The notes beneath the pieces are model-generated. The model had not been told where the DNA came from. It worked only from the letters and a program-made list of their open reading frames with translations, and did no database searches. A stretch of 64,000 nt of DNA from Fimbriosthenelais zetlandica. Its lineage: Eukaryota. The position numbers and the translations under genes are program-made. Positions 63,404 through 64,000 of this stretch are shown here, in pieces. The stretch's first letter is position 1; each line of letters starts with the position of its first letter. The DNA is taken from positions 45,756,001 through 45,820,000 of the forward strand of contig OZ365111.1 of the NCBI GenBank assembly GCA_977030845.1. Reading direction: 5' to 3'.

Positions 63404-64000
63404 GTGAGAATAATATAGGACCATTGCATAGTAGTGAGAATTCCACGTCATCGTCATCTTCATCTTCCGTAGTTAGTTCTTCCACCTCCCACACTACATC
63501 TAGTGTCAGTATCGCACCTCCCAATGGCGCCTTTACCCAGTCCTCCATACCGGTCCTACCGGCCACGCAAAAGACCATCAACCATATAGCCTCCTCACCC
63601 TTACCACAACCACTGCAGCAACAGCAACAACAACAACAACAACAACCGCAGCAACAACAAGCAACAGCCCACCAGCCACATCAACCCACGCCCCATTTGA
63701 TACAGCATCCGAAGCCACATTCCCATCCCCAACCTCATTCCCCTAGTTTAGCCACACCGCCACAAGTCACACGAAGATCTCCAACATCGTCACTCCATCG
63801 ACCCAGATCCAGATCCGACTCACACAACCATGTGACGACTCCCACCACAACGACGCACACGACGTCTCACACGAGCACGTCACACGTGACGTCACGGCCG
63901 GCGTCACACGTCTCGACGTCATCTCCGACGTCATCGCCCTCGCCGGCGGCACGACCTAGCCTACCATCTTCCATACCTCGGGAGCCTGCCAAACCCATCC
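63404..64000 (+). CDS. AUTS2: Long low-complexity coding exon (AUTS2 exon-7 equivalent), truncated by the window end: (S)ENNIGPLHSSENSTSSSSSSSVVSSSTSHTT...PLQQQQQQQQQQPQQQQATAHQPHQPTPH...SRPASHVSTSSPTSSPSPAARPSLPSSIPREPAKPI
   Basis: Acceptor tttaactctgttttaccttccttttaattacag|. 597 nt with no stop in the frame starting at 63406 (198 codons), Ser/Thr/Pro/Gln/His-rich. Phase 1 matches the donor at 60770. The minus-strand ORFs 63372-63581 and 63767-63952 are antisense shadows of it. Confidence 0.88.
63616..63660 (+). repeat. Coding polyglutamine repeat Q10-P-Q4 (CAG/CAA, including (CAA)7)
   Basis: cag caa cag caa caa caa caa caa caa caa ccg cag caa caa caa, read in the exon frame. Confidence 0.92.

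Noticed and set aside
63372-63952. Minus-strand ORFs 63372-63581 and 63767-63952
   Set aside because: Antisense shadows of the real plus-strand exon.
1-64000. Prokaryotic features (CRISPR arrays, operons, IS elements), rRNA/tRNA genes, intact RT or transposase ORFs
   Set aside because: None seen. The DNA has spliceosomal introns and very low coding density, with no regularly spaced repeats and no tRNA/rRNA or RT motifs.

Overview
Animal (most likely invertebrate bilaterian) genomic DNA, roughly 40% GC by eye and almost entirely non-coding. None of the short ORFs in the supplied track looks like a real gene. The only well-supported coding sequence is two spliced + strand exons at the right end, and the track missed the longer one entirely. 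They are a 49-nt exon (60722-60770, ASDIGSESVFTSNHIK, phase 0 to 1) and a Ser/Thr/Pro/Gln/His-rich exon starting at 63404 (phase 1) that stays open to the window edge. The peptide, exon size, phase pattern and giant upstream intron match what I recall of exons 6-7 of the AUTS2/FBRSL1/FBRS (tay) family; this is recognition from memory, not a database search. The first ~60.7 kb therefore appears to be one very large intron. It holds enhancer-like motif clusters (Hox-Pbx-Meis, K50 homeodomain, nuclear receptor, TCF, GATA), CTCF-like motifs, candidate recursive splice sites, candidate frame-preserving cassette exons, candidate internal promoters or first exons, and simple repeats. I saw no rRNA, tRNA, CRISPR array, recognisable miRNA or intact transposon. 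All motif calls come from manual reading and some will be chance matches in 64 kb.
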